NCBI GenBank assembly: GCA_964564005.1
Contig: CAZLZK010000002.1
Span: 14,313 to 38,312 of the forward strand
Length of the DNA stretch: 24,000 bases
Reading direction: 5' to 3'
DNA from: an uncultured Gammaproteobacteria bacterium
GTDB taxonomy: Bacteria > Patescibacteriota > Microgenomatia > UBA8517 > UBA10165
Under the pieces are notes generated by a model. It did not search any database and was not told the origin of the DNA. It worked only from the letters and a program-made list of their open reading frames with translations. Positions 1 to 8,831 of this stretch are shown piece after piece. Position 1 is the first letter of the stretch. Each line of letters opens with the position of its first letter. Position numbers and translations under genes: made by a program.

Positions 1-641
1 GATGAAGAAAGGCCAACAAATAGCGCTCCTAGAAAATAATTTTTTGCTGTTGGCTTTTGCCATAATTTAATTGAAAAAAGAAATGCCATTAAAAACAAAA
101 AATTCTGGGGTATATCTGGGGTGGAATAATGTGCATCCCTAACCCAAAGTGGGGTAACACTCAGAGCAAGGGCGGATAAAAGAGCAATGCTTCGTTTTTT
201 ATATAAAGCTTCTGCGATTTTATATGTTAGGTAAACCGTACCTACTCCAAACAATACGGTTGTGAAACGACTGGCTATCCGAAGAGCATCTTGGAAAAAG
301 TAGATGGTTTTCTCAGTTACAAATTGCTGGAAATTGGTGACATCAAAAAATGCTTCTTTCGCCCCAAAATCAAAACCAGTCAGCCCGTGTACATTGTAGA
401 TAACAAAGAGAGTGATTCCGCGAATTAGTGATTGGAGATATATGATGGAGGAACCATATATAAAGGGGTAAGGTTCAACATTTGGGTCAAGATCGCCTTT
501 TTGAAAAATATTAAGAAGAATACTATTTGCAGGTTTAAATAGGACTGGCTCCTTCTGATGCAAAAGGGTATTAGGAAAAATCCCTAAGGTATTTAAAACA
601 AGAGAGAGTAGGATAACTAAAATTAACAAATACTTATTCAT
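1..641 (-). CDS. GT-C fold membrane glycosyltransferase (GT39/GT83, ArnT/PMT-like), 5' part only; the gene runs off the window start
   Basis: Absent from the supplied ORF track because it has no in-window stop. Reading the minus strand from the ATG at 641-639 gives MNKYLLILVILLSLVLNTLGIFPNTLLHQKEPVLFKPANSILLNIFQKGDLDPNVEPYPFIYGSS...RIASRFTTVLFGVGTVYLTYKIAEALYKKRSIALLSALALSVTPLWVRDAHYSTPDIPQNFLFLMAFLF..., with no stop down to base 3. It has an N-terminal anchor helix, an acidic first loop, then several hydrophobic helices. Its ATG overlaps the upstream TGA (ATGA, 638-641). Confidence 0.7.
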   Translation of the reverse strand, partial: MNKYLLILVILLSLVLNTLGIFPNTLLHQKEPVLFKPANSILLNIFQKGDLDPNVEPYPFIYGSSIIYLQSLIRGITLFVIYNVHGLTGFDFGAKEAFFDVTNFQQFVTEKTIYFFQDALRIASRFTTVLFGVGTVYLTYKIAEALYKKRSIALLSALALSVTPLWVRDAHYSTPDIPQNFLFLMAFLFSIKLWQKPTAKNYFLGALFVGLSS

Positions 642-2332
642 GGTTCTGACTTAGTATGTTCTAAATCATTTTTCCAAATTTTCAATATAGGAACGCCTTC
701 TACTTTCACCTCATAAACAGGTACTAAATATTTTTCAACATACCGCCAGGCTTCACTATCAGGTTTATATGTGTCATCGAAGGTTAGCTCCATTAAATAC
801 TCTCCTTCTTTTGCATCCCCACTAAAATAAGATTTATCGCTGGTATCTGAGTAAATATAGTTAATATCCTTTCTTAAAAGAATTACTGGGGCATTAGCAG
901 GGGTACCTTGAATAAGAGCCAATTTTGCATCTTTCGGGGCATTGGTATTTATCCACTTTATCCCTTGAAAGTAGGCGTTTCCAAAACTATTTCCCCATGA
1001 AGGAAAATTCCTCTCTTTAGCCCCCGGGAGCCCTCCAATTAGAGAATTAAAATATACATTCTCGTTGGGGTGCAACTTTACCAAGACAATAACTGGCCAG
1101 AGAAATGCTAACATCAGTCCAATTTTGACCATCAGATTGTTTCTTAACCAAATCGAAAGCTGCCAAGCTCCAAGTCCAGCAAGAAGTGCAAGTGCTGGCA
1201 AGAATTCTAAAATCTGTCTTATACCGCCATAAATAACAGTTCCGGGAAAGGAAACTCGGGCAATCGGGATAATAAACCACAATAGCCACAAGAGAGTTAC
1301 TCCTTTATATGAATTGCGATTTCGAAATGCAGAAAAAATACCGATCCCTGAAAGGGCAAGTACCAGAGGGGGTGTAGTAAATAAAATCCACTGCATCGGA
1401 TATGTATTAAAGCCAAAGAGGAAAAATCTATCCGGTTGATACTGAGTGCCTATCCCGCTTTCTCTATAGAAATTAAAGATTTTTAAGAGACTCTGCGGCC
1501 ACCCTTGCTGTAAAGAAGGCCACAGCAGAGTCAAAATTCCTAGAATAATAAAGGGTGTAGCCAAAAGGATGACAATATATAATTTCGGGATGGAGGAAGC
1601 AATTTTGTTCGGTGAAGAAATTTTGCCACGATAGCGATAAAGAAGATATGAAACAAGAATTATGGGGAGAAAGAGAATATTTAACTTTGTACCAAGACCG
1701 AGTGCAAAGAATACAATTGATATAACCAACCAACGAAGGCTTCCATTTTTGAGTGAGTTATAAAAGCTCCAGACTGTCGCAGCAAAAAATGCAGCTTGAG
1801 GAGGATCTTTAACATTAAAGTGCGCCTCCGACCAAAAAAGTGGATAGGTTGCTAGGGCCAGGAATGCTATGCTCGCGGCAAATGGCCCGAACGTACTCGA
1901 AGCAAAAGCAACAACTACAAACACTAAAACACTTGAAGCAAGGATATTAAATAAATGATGGGCTGAAATGTCATCGAGTATTCCAAGTTTCTGAAAGAAA
2001 ATATAATTCGAAAGTGCAGCTAGTTCATCACTTAGGGGCGGGTGACCAAGATCCTTATATTTCAACCAGAATTCGCCATTGTGATAGTCGTTTTGATAAA
2101 AACTTCTTCGTGGAATAGGAATCTCATTTGGGTCCCCATTGGTACCCTGTAAATCTATATCAGACAAGTCCTGGTAACTTTTATTACCAGTCAAAAAATA
2201 ATATAGATAAGCTTGACCACGTCTAAGGTGAATTGCATCATCCCAGGAAACGCCATAATGCGAAAGAGTTAAAAACCCAAGGATAAAAAAACCAAGTGGT
2301 AATAGAAAAAGGGGTGAAAATTTTTTTAACAT
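638..2332 (-). CDS. GT-C fold membrane glycosyltransferase (GT39/ArnT-like); acceptor unknown
   Basis: 564-aa track ORF. It is strongly hydrophobic with many TM helices. The first loop carries the acidic motif HYGVSWDDAIHLRRGQ typical of GT-C enzymes. A soluble C-terminal domain follows. Gap of 32 nt to the upstream gene and a 4-nt ATGA overlap with the downstream gene. Confidence 0.8.
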   Translation of the reverse strand: MLKKFSPLFLLPLGFFILGFLTLSHYGVSWDDAIHLRRGQAYLYYFLTGNKSYQDLSDIDLQGTNGDPNEIPIPRRSFYQNDYHNGEFWLKYKDLGHPPLSDELAALSNYIFFQKLGILDDISAHHLFNILASSVLVFVVVAFASSTFGPFAASIAFLALATYPLFWSEAHFNVKDPPQAAFFAATVWSFYNSLKNGSLRWLVISIVFFALGLGTKLNILFLPIILVSYLLYRYRGKISSPNKIASSIPKLYIVILLATPFIILGILTLLWPSLQQGWPQSLLKIFNFYRESGIGTQYQPDRFFLFGFNTYPMQWILFTTPPLVLALSGIGIFSAFRNRNSYKGVTLLWLLWFIIPIARVSFPGTVIYGGIRQILEFLPALALLAGLGAWQLSIWLRNNLMVKIGLMLAFLWPVIVLVKLHPNENVYFNSLIGGLPGAKERNFPSWGNSFGNAYFQGIKWINTNAPKDAKLALIQGTPANAPVILLRKDINYIYSDTSDKSYFSGDAKEGEYLMELTFDDTYKPDSEAWRYVEKYLVPVYEVKVEGVPILKIWKNDLEHTKSEP

Positions 2333-2364
2333 GAAGGTATCTCTTAGTTCTTGTGAAACTTTTT

Positions 2365-5046
2365 TCAGTTCTTATGAAATTCTTTAATTATTCCTCTGTC
2401 TTTTGCCTCTCGAATACCGATATTACGTAGCTTAGCCGATTCTACTTCAAGTTCCAACGGATCATAAGGGAGGTTTATACTCACATTCTTTAAAAGTGTC
2501 CCCCCTGGGGAAAATGTTAAAGAATAGTCTGTCGTTTGATTGATTCTATCAACTGGTACTCTTCTAATAAGCTCGCCTTTATCAGTAACTATTTCAACGT
2601 CGAGAAAGAGTAGGGGTGCTGCTTGAGAAAGTATTTCATTCATCTCTATTTGTCTTTGAATGTTAATAAAAGGGTTATTAATAAAATTTTCGGCTTTGCT
2701 TGGATCAATTTCTGAAAAAATTGAGTCTACTACCTCAATTTCTGACATTGTAGGGGCGTCATTAGAGAGAGTTTCAGTAATGTCCATTCTTACATACCTT
2801 GCCCAAGTTGCACTAAATTCTTCAATAACTTTTTTACCGTCCTGTATCTCTCCACCCTTGCTTACCTCTTTAACCGTTCTCCAGTCTTTCCCGTCCAACG
2901 AAGTCAATAATGTATAAGAAGTTGGAGTTAGGGTATGCTGCCAGTTTGTCCAAACAACCTTGTTAACATTCCTAACTTGACCCAAATCCATTGTGATCTG
3001 TTCGTGCTTATTATCGTGCCAATAAATTCGGTGTCCTCTCCAACTTGTTTCGACATCATTATCAATTAAATTGACCCTTTCTTGATACATCCACTCTGAC
3101 AGGGTAGAAATTTTGACGCGGGAATAATAATCCAATTTTGACAAAAGGTATGCAATCATTTTTCTCTTTTCTCCATGGGAGTATTGTTTAATACCATTTT
3201 GAGAATAGGGATATTTAATATCGCGCTTGGCAGACGTTTTTGCTTTAAATTCCAAAACCACAGGTGAAAGCGGAGACACATCGTCAACCAAGAGATTCCA
3301 GGATCGGGGCGTATTTTCTTCTGACGCTATATCTTGCCAATCTGACCCATCTTTCAAAAGCTCTCTTGACTCATTTGTCGTATTAACTAGCTCTAGAGAG
3401 GAGTCATAATAGAAGGTATGGAGTTTGTTTATAGACTCTATATTTTTTGATAATGCTGATAGAAGTTCATCATAATTTGTGATTAGTGAGAAATCATATC
3501 TATCAACTCCATAGTAGATAGCAATGGCTGTTGTATTAGGCATTGAACCAACAGAGAAAAAATCACTAAATTGTGCTCGAGACCTTGAGTCACTTGCTAC
3601 GTCGAAATAAAATATAGAACCCTTCTCTAAAACAGGGACATCCCTCTTTAATGTTCGATAAAACTGTTGTGTGGGTCTACTAGTTTCTACCACAAAAGTC
3701 CTTTGGTATTTAAAACTTAGTAAAGAATTTACCGCCACAACAAAAACTAACGGTATTAAAGGAATAAATATATATTTTCTTGACAATTTTTGTCTCTTCA
3801 GTAAAGAATAAGCTAGGAAGGTTAAGGAACCCAAAATTAAACTGTAGCCAACGGAAGCATAATATAAATACCGGTGTACGGTAGCAAAAGTTGCTTCAGG
3901 GTATTTGATAAAATAGCTAAAAATCTGTGAGATAGTAAAAAACAGTCCAAAAAGTATCCCCAGCACAAGAAGCTTATACTTCGGCCATAAGGCAAATGAC
4001 GAAGCTAATAGAAATGTAAAAGCATACATGCCTAAGGCTCCAGATAGGCGAACATCGGTGTTTCTATACCAATATAAGTTCTGACTGGAAAAATATTGAT
4101 TCACTATAAAAGAAACGCATAATATAACCAAGGTTACGATTTTAACACCTCTTTTGGTTCCAAAGAAGGATAAAATAACCCAAGTAGATAAAGAAAAGGA
4201 CAATAAAGTCAAAAGCTGTAAATTTGCCGAAAACAAGTTTATTAACCTGTTTTGAATAACATTAGGAAAAAAAACACTACCAGAGGTAGCAAACAAAGTA
4301 GTCAGAATTTCAACTTTCCCATGCATTAAATCCTCGAATATCCCCGCAAGTGCAAAAGTTCCAGGAGTCTCATTCTTTAGGTAAAACAGATAAAAAATTA
4401 CCCAAAATGGAGCTTGTCTTATAAACATCTTTAAAAGTTTTATAGGGTTAAAAGGGAAAATTCCTAAAATAACATCCAAGACTAACACCGAGAAAATTAA
4501 ACTATGGGAACGAATAAAAATAAATTGTACTGATGCCAGAAATAATCCTAAGCTTAATAAGTAAAATTTGAGCTGGTTTTTTCTAAAAAATATAACCAGA
4601 CTCCAGAGTAGTAAAAGTAAGACTATTAAACCAACATTATTTTGCCAAGAATTGGAGATCTTTAGCATAGAATTAGATCCAACATAACCTGCCGCAAAAA
4701 TTAAAGTAGAAAAGTATGCGGTTTTCTTATTCCCGAACAATTCTTTTGCTAAAAGAGAAAAGGAATAAGCTGCTAAAAGAAAAAGCAAAAAGCCTACGAA
4801 AAAATAACCAAAAGGGTTTAACCCAAAAAATTTATAGAAAGGGATAAATGGTGTAATTGTATATTTATAAGGACCTTCCCCAAATGGCCCCGCTCCATAA
4901 CTCCCTGCAGGTCCATCAATGTGTTGCAATTTAAAAATTACAGCTGCATCATCTTGATAAAAATTCATTAAAAGGGTTTGGCCATAAGAAATAAGAGCTA
5001 TAATCAATACTAAAAGCAAGAGGAGTATTTTTTTAGAAATTTTCAT
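2365..5046 (-). CDS. Polytopic GT-C-like membrane protein fused to a C-terminal F5/8 type C (discoidin) carbohydrate-binding domain
   Basis: 893-aa ORF. The N-terminal half is multi-TM with the acidic first-loop motif NFYQDDAAVIF. The region encoded at about 2730-3070 matches the discoidin pattern: DVETSWRG..ITMDLGQVRNVNKVVWTNW..YTLLTSLDGKDWRTV..ARYVRMDITE..MSEIEVVD. The start overlaps the upstream GT2 stop by 14 nt. Confidence 0.75.
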   Translation of the reverse strand: MKISKKILLLLLVLIIALISYGQTLLMNFYQDDAAVIFKLQHIDGPAGSYGAGPFGEGPYKYTITPFIPFYKFFGLNPFGYFFVGFLLFLLAAYSFSLLAKELFGNKKTAYFSTLIFAAGYVGSNSMLKISNSWQNNVGLIVLLLLLWSLVIFFRKNQLKFYLLSLGLFLASVQFIFIRSHSLIFSVLVLDVILGIFPFNPIKLLKMFIRQAPFWVIFYLFYLKNETPGTFALAGIFEDLMHGKVEILTTLFATSGSVFFPNVIQNRLINLFSANLQLLTLLSFSLSTWVILSFFGTKRGVKIVTLVILCVSFIVNQYFSSQNLYWYRNTDVRLSGALGMYAFTFLLASSFALWPKYKLLVLGILFGLFFTISQIFSYFIKYPEATFATVHRYLYYASVGYSLILGSLTFLAYSLLKRQKLSRKYIFIPLIPLVFVVAVNSLLSFKYQRTFVVETSRPTQQFYRTLKRDVPVLEKGSIFYFDVASDSRSRAQFSDFFSVGSMPNTTAIAIYYGVDRYDFSLITNYDELLSALSKNIESINKLHTFYYDSSLELVNTTNESRELLKDGSDWQDIASEENTPRSWNLLVDDVSPLSPVVLEFKAKTSAKRDIKYPYSQNGIKQYSHGEKRKMIAYLLSKLDYYSRVKISTLSEWMYQERVNLIDNDVETSWRGHRIYWHDNKHEQITMDLGQVRNVNKVVWTNWQHTLTPTSYTLLTSLDGKDWRTVKEVSKGGEIQDGKKVIEEFSATWARYVRMDITETLSNDAPTMSEIEVVDSIFSEIDPSKAENFINNPFINIQRQIEMNEILSQAAPLLFLDVEIVTDKGELIRRVPVDRINQTTDYSLTFSPGGTLLKNVSINLPYDPLELEVESAKLRNIGIREAKDRGIIKEFHKN

Positions 5047-5839
5047 AAAACTTATCTAATTTTTTTATTCTATCGTCTAAGCTTTTTGGGGATTGAAACA
5101 AGTCATCTCTAAACCCAATCCTCGCTAATATATAGCGGTATAATATCTTAAAAGTATCTAAAGAATAATTAAAACTATGTTTTAGAGTTGCTCCTCTTTT
5201 TCCTCCCTCGTATCTAGTTTCAACAGGAACTTGGGTTATCTTGATTCCATGGAATATTGCCTGCGCTATAAGTTCAAAACTAAAAATAAAGCTATTTGAA
5301 TTGTTTTCATAGTTTACTTTCGAGAGAAGTTCTTTTGTATAGACTCGAAAACCCTGATGAAAATCGTTAATTCTTGTTCCAAAAATAATATTATCAATAA
5401 AGTTTAATATTCTAAGTGGAATAATCTTCCAAAAAAACATTCCACTCACTAACGCTTTATTTATATTACTGAAACGATCTCCCACAATAAACTTTGCTCC
5501 TTTTTCTACTTCTTTAATAGCAAGTGGAATAGCTGATGGTTTATATTCTCCGTCTGGATGAATATCAATAATTACGTCAGCACCTTTTTTTAATGCTATA
5601 TACAATGCTCTCTTAAGATTCCCACCGTAACCCTGATTTACTTTGTTGTAATAAGACTCAATTCCAAGTTTTTTAGCTAAGTTATAAGTATTATCTCTGG
5701 ACTTATCATCAACTAAAACAACTTCTCCTGAATAATATTTTTTAAACTCTTTATAAAAACCAGCCAAAGTTTTTTCTGCGTTATAGGAAATCAGAACAAC
5801 GACTATTTTTATGCCGGTCTTTGTCATCGTAAAGCCCAT
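5033..5839 (-). CDS. Family 2 glycosyltransferase, polyprenyl-phosphate sugar synthase type (DPM1/ArnC/GtrB-like)
   Basis: GT2 signatures: IKIVVVLISYNAEKTL, VVLVDDKSRDNT, and DIHPDGEY as the DXD-like motif. I place the start at the ATG at 5839 (MGFTMTKTG...), or possibly 5827. The 336-aa track ORF would extend to 6043, but that N-terminal extension is non-homologous and overlaps the divergent plus-strand gene. AAGAG lies 8 nt upstream of 5839. Confidence 0.8.
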   Translation of the reverse strand: MGFTMTKTGIKIVVVLISYNAEKTLAGFYKEFKKYYSGEVVLVDDKSRDNTYNLAKKLGIESYYNKVNQGYGGNLKRALYIALKKGADVIIDIHPDGEYKPSAIPLAIKEVEKGAKFIVGDRFSNINKALVSGMFFWKIIPLRILNFIDNIIFGTRINDFHQGFRVYTKELLSKVNYENNSNSFIFSFELIAQAIFHGIKITQVPVETRYEGGKRGATLKHSFNYSLDTFKILYRYILARIGFRDDLFQSPKSLDDRIKKLDKFYENF

Positions 5840-5949
5840 TTTATACTCTTTTCTTTTAGTTCGCCAGACTACTTGTTTAATAAACTCACGATAATGTGTT
5901 AATATTTGCTTTAAGAAAAATTCTCCCCCACACAAGACGAGAGAGTGAA
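5840..5949. promoter_or_regulatory. Divergent intergenic region, presumed to carry promoters for 5839(-) and 5950(+)
   Basis: A 110-bp AT-rich gap between two divergent starts. On the plus strand there is an extended -10 candidate: TGT at 5897-5899 followed by TAATAT at 5900-5905, about 45 nt upstream of the ATG at 5950. No convincing -35 was found on either strand. Confidence 0.35.
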
Positions 5950-6837
5950 ATGGCACAAGCAGAAATAATAGTTTTTGGAGGTTCAGGCCTTGTTGGAGAG
6001 GCATTCCAACGATATTCCCGCAACGAAGAACTCTTAGCTCCACCGTATAATGAAATTGACGTAAGAAACTCTGAACAACTAAAAAGATTTTTAGGTGAAA
6101 ATAAAGCTTCTACGGTTATTAACTTTGTTGGTCATACAAACCTGGTAGAAGCAGAGAAAGAGCGCGGCAATAAGGAGGGGGAAGCGTGGCAACTTAATGT
6201 TAATGCTGTTGAAAATGTCGCAGAAGCTTGCGCAAGAGAAAACAAATTTTTAATTCATATCTCTACCGATGTAGTGTTCCCTGGGACTGAAGATTTTCCG
6301 GGACCTTATCCTGAAGACAGGGAGCCAGTAGATGACCCTACTAATCTTAGCTGGTACGGGTATACAAAATTAAGGGGCGAAAAATCTGTAAAAGAAAGAG
6401 CCAAGAAATGGGCCATACTTAGAATATCTCACCCTTTTGGGAATGCATCTTCCCAAAAAGATTTCGCAAGAAAGGTTATTGGTTATATACAGGCAGGATA
6501 TGTTTTATTTAATGACCAACACTTTACTCCCACTTACTTAAAAGATCTAACCGAAGTTTTATTAAAAATAGTATCTTCTGGACAAACTGGTGTCTTCCAC
6601 GTTGTTTGCAGCGGGTTAACTACACCTTTCAAATTTGCACAGCACATAGCAAGAAACAAAAAATTGAAAGAGGAAGTAAAGATGGGGGAAATTGATGAAT
6701 GGGCTAGGCAAAATCCCAACCATTATCCAAGAGCAAAGCATGGAGGTCTAAAAACCCTCTCTACACGAACCAAACTTGGGATCAAGTTTCATACCTGGCA
6801 AGAAGCCCTCGACGAATTTTTACCAGAAATCACTTAG
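5950..6837 (+). CDS. RmlD-like NAD(P)H-dependent nucleotide-sugar 4-ketoreductase (dTDP-4-dehydrorhamnose reductase family)
   Basis: Begins MAQAEIIVFGGSGLVGEAF, a Rossmann GxxGxxG close to the N-terminus. Also has ISTDVVFPG...YPED...P.NLSWYGYTKLRGE (S...YxxxK). The length and overall pattern fit the RmlD substrate-binding family. Start chosen at the ATG at 5950, preceded by GAGAGAG; the track start at 5896 adds 18 non-homologous residues. One of only two plus-strand genes. Confidence 0.7.
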   Translation: MAQAEIIVFGGSGLVGEAFQRYSRNEELLAPPYNEIDVRNSEQLKRFLGENKASTVINFVGHTNLVEAEKERGNKEGEAWQLNVNAVENVAEACARENKFLIHISTDVVFPGTEDFPGPYPEDREPVDDPTNLSWYGYTKLRGEKSVKERAKKWAILRISHPFGNASSQKDFARKVIGYIQAGYVLFNDQHFTPTYLKDLTEVLLKIVSSGQTGVFHVVCSGLTTPFKFAQHIARNKKLKEEVKMGEIDEWARQNPNHYPRAKHGGLKTLSTRTKLGIKFHTWQEALDEFLPEIT

Positions 6838-7546
6838 ATAGGAAATTAGAAATCCAAGTATTTATTATCAAGAAGAAGACTTTTACACCCCAATACGCCT
6901 GTTTTAGAAAATTACCAGTATATCTATGAACACCCACTCTTGCTCTATAATGAATAGGAATTTCAATGAATCTTATCCCCCTTTTGACAGTACTTAATAG
7001 AAGTTCTGTGGTAAACAAATGACCATCTGTTTTAACCTTATCAACTTGCTTTTTTAAACTTTTGTTACTATAAAGACTAAGTGTACAAATTACATCACTT
7101 AATGGATTCGTCAGGAAAAGTAATGTAATTAATTTACCACAAAATACATCTAAAACTCTTCGAGAGAAAGTCATATCAGACTTCTTACCAATCAATGGAA
7201 CATGCGTTCTTGATCCAAAAACAGCATCAAAATCATCACTATACGCTAAAAGTTTCACCACATCTTTTCCGTCGTAAGTACCATCAGGATCAGCAAAAAT
7301 AACAAGATCAGCTTTAGTATTCTTAACACCGGTTTTAATCGCCCTGCCGTAACCTTCTCTGGGTTCTTTGATAAATCGTGCTCTAGTCCTCTTAACTTCA
7401 CTTTCTGTTCCTTCCTCGGCATTGTTATCCACCACAATAATTTCATCAACATATCCAGTTGAATCAAATTCTTGTATTACACTAAACAAAGTTTTCTTTT
7501 CTCTGTAAGTTGGGAAAATAACTGCTACTGTCTTTCTGCTCCACAT
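6830..7546 (-). CDS. Family 2 glycosyltransferase, polyprenyl-phosphate sugar synthase type
   Basis: 238 aa. Motifs VAVIFPTYREKKTL, IIVVDNNAEEGT and FADPDGTY (DXD). No obvious TM helices. Its stop overlaps the stop of the convergent RmlD-like gene by 8 nt (6830-6837). Confidence 0.8.
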   Translation of the reverse strand: MWSRKTVAVIFPTYREKKTLFSVIQEFDSTGYVDEIIVVDNNAEEGTESEVKRTRARFIKEPREGYGRAIKTGVKNTKADLVIFADPDGTYDGKDVVKLLAYSDDFDAVFGSRTHVPLIGKKSDMTFSRRVLDVFCGKLITLLFLTNPLSDVICTLSLYSNKSLKKQVDKVKTDGHLFTTELLLSTVKRGIRFIEIPIHYRARVGVHRYTGNFLKQAYWGVKVFFLIINTWISNFLSK

Positions 7547-7549
7547 AAT

Positions 7550-8797
7550 CTATACTATCCTTACCTCAGGTATCGGTATTATAAACTTGCCGCCTCTTTT
7601 TTTAAACACCTTATGCTTTTCCATGATTTCGTCCGCAAAATTCCATGCTAGGATTAAAGCATAATCCGGCATGTCTTCTAAAACTTTCTCTTCTTTGACA
7701 ACCGGAATATGTTTACCTGGAGTAAAAAGACCATGTTTGTAAGGAGTAGAGTCCGCAATATAGTCCAACGTTTCAGTACCAATATCAAAGAAATGAGTTA
7801 GAACATTACCTTTAGCAGCCGCTCCCAGACCAACAATCTTCTTATCAGCAGCCTTTAAATCTTTCAAGAGTTTGTTCAAGACAGTCCTAAGATTTAGGAT
7901 TCTCTTGGTAAATTGATCATAAACTTTTTTTTCGTAGAGTCCTGCCTCCTCTTCCAATGAAATTAGATAGCCGACAGTTCTATTCCTGATCTTTCCTCTT
8001 TTAGCCCTGTGGGTTAATCTTATTGATCCACCATGTACCAAAACCCTCTGTACCTCAATTATTTCGAAACCATATCTGTCTAATAAATTAATCCAAGGTT
8101 TTAGCGAAAAATAAGACAGATGTTCATGGTAAATTGTATCGAACTGGTTTTTAGTAAGAAGATCTAGAAGGTATGGAAATTCTGTAATGAATATTCCATT
8201 TTTGTCAAGCAATACCTCAACCCCCTGCATTAGCTCATGTAAATCGTCTATATGTGCCACTACGTTGGTTGCGGTGATTACTTTGGCCCTACCATATTTT
8301 TTAAATATAAAGCTAGCAGAATTTTTATTAAATAAGCGGGTCTCCGTAGGTATTCCAGACTGAATGGCTATTTTAGCAAGATTCTCAGCAGGATCGATAC
8401 CTAAAACTTTTGCGCCGAAATTTTTAAAAAACCTAAGCAAACTTCCATCATTAGAACCAATATCTACTACTAGATCATTACCTTTAAGATTAACTTTCTG
8501 ATTGGCTAAATATGCAAGGTTGCTGAAGTTGTTCATCATTACTTTGGCGGTAGATGGAATATAAACATAGTTTTTAAACATTAATTCAGGATCCACGACA
8601 CAGGTTAGCTGAACAAGGTAACAATCCATGCATACAAAGCACTCTAATGGAAAATGCTCTTCCTTTTTAGAAAGCTGGTCTTTTTTTAAAAAACCATTGG
8701 GGATAGGCATCGAGCCTAAAGACAAAAATTTATACAAATTTCTAGAAAGACAGATTCTACACCTAGTTAAATCTTTTACTAAAGTTTTCTTTCTCAT
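7550..8797 (-). CDS. NDP-hexose C-methyltransferase (TylCIII/TcaB9/EvaC-like; Zn-ribbon + class I SAM MTase + C-terminal C-methyltransferase domain)
   Basis: 415 aa. The N-terminal four-Cys zinc motif is CRIC...(31 aa)...CMDC, followed by LVQL..VDPELMFKNYVYIPS, which is characteristic of this family. SAM motif I is LVVDIGSNDGSLL. The C-terminal domain with IVGLGAAAKGN also fits. Confidence 0.7.
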   Translation of the reverse strand: MRKKTLVKDLTRCRICLSRNLYKFLSLGSMPIPNGFLKKDQLSKKEEHFPLECFVCMDCYLVQLTCVVDPELMFKNYVYIPSTAKVMMNNFSNLAYLANQKVNLKGNDLVVDIGSNDGSLLRFFKNFGAKVLGIDPAENLAKIAIQSGIPTETRLFNKNSASFIFKKYGRAKVITATNVVAHIDDLHELMQGVEVLLDKNGIFITEFPYLLDLLTKNQFDTIYHEHLSYFSLKPWINLLDRYGFEIIEVQRVLVHGGSIRLTHRAKRGKIRNRTVGYLISLEEEAGLYEKKVYDQFTKRILNLRTVLNKLLKDLKAADKKIVGLGAAAKGNVLTHFFDIGTETLDYIADSTPYKHGLFTPGKHIPVVKEEKVLEDMPDYALILAWNFADEIMEKHKVFKKRGGKFIIPIPEVRIV

Positions 8798-8831
8798 TGA
8801 CTCAAAAATCTAGCAAGCTCCTTTCCTATCT

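Noticed and set aside
5897-5916. Partial match to the second half of the 21-bp motif (TTTGCTTTAA at 5905-5914) in the 5840-5949 divergent region, and GCTTAT-type half-sites at 15260-15270 and 8811-8825
   Set aside because: Only 8/10 or fewer positions match in short AT-rich strings, and the CGAAGACAAGC half is missing. This is consistent with chance, so I do not count them as motif copies.
5840-6043. N-terminal 68-residue extension of the GT2 ORF (track start 6043)
   Set aside because: The extension has no GT2 homology. It overlaps the start of the divergent RmlD-like gene on the other strand. The GT2 fold begins right after the internal ATG at 5839.
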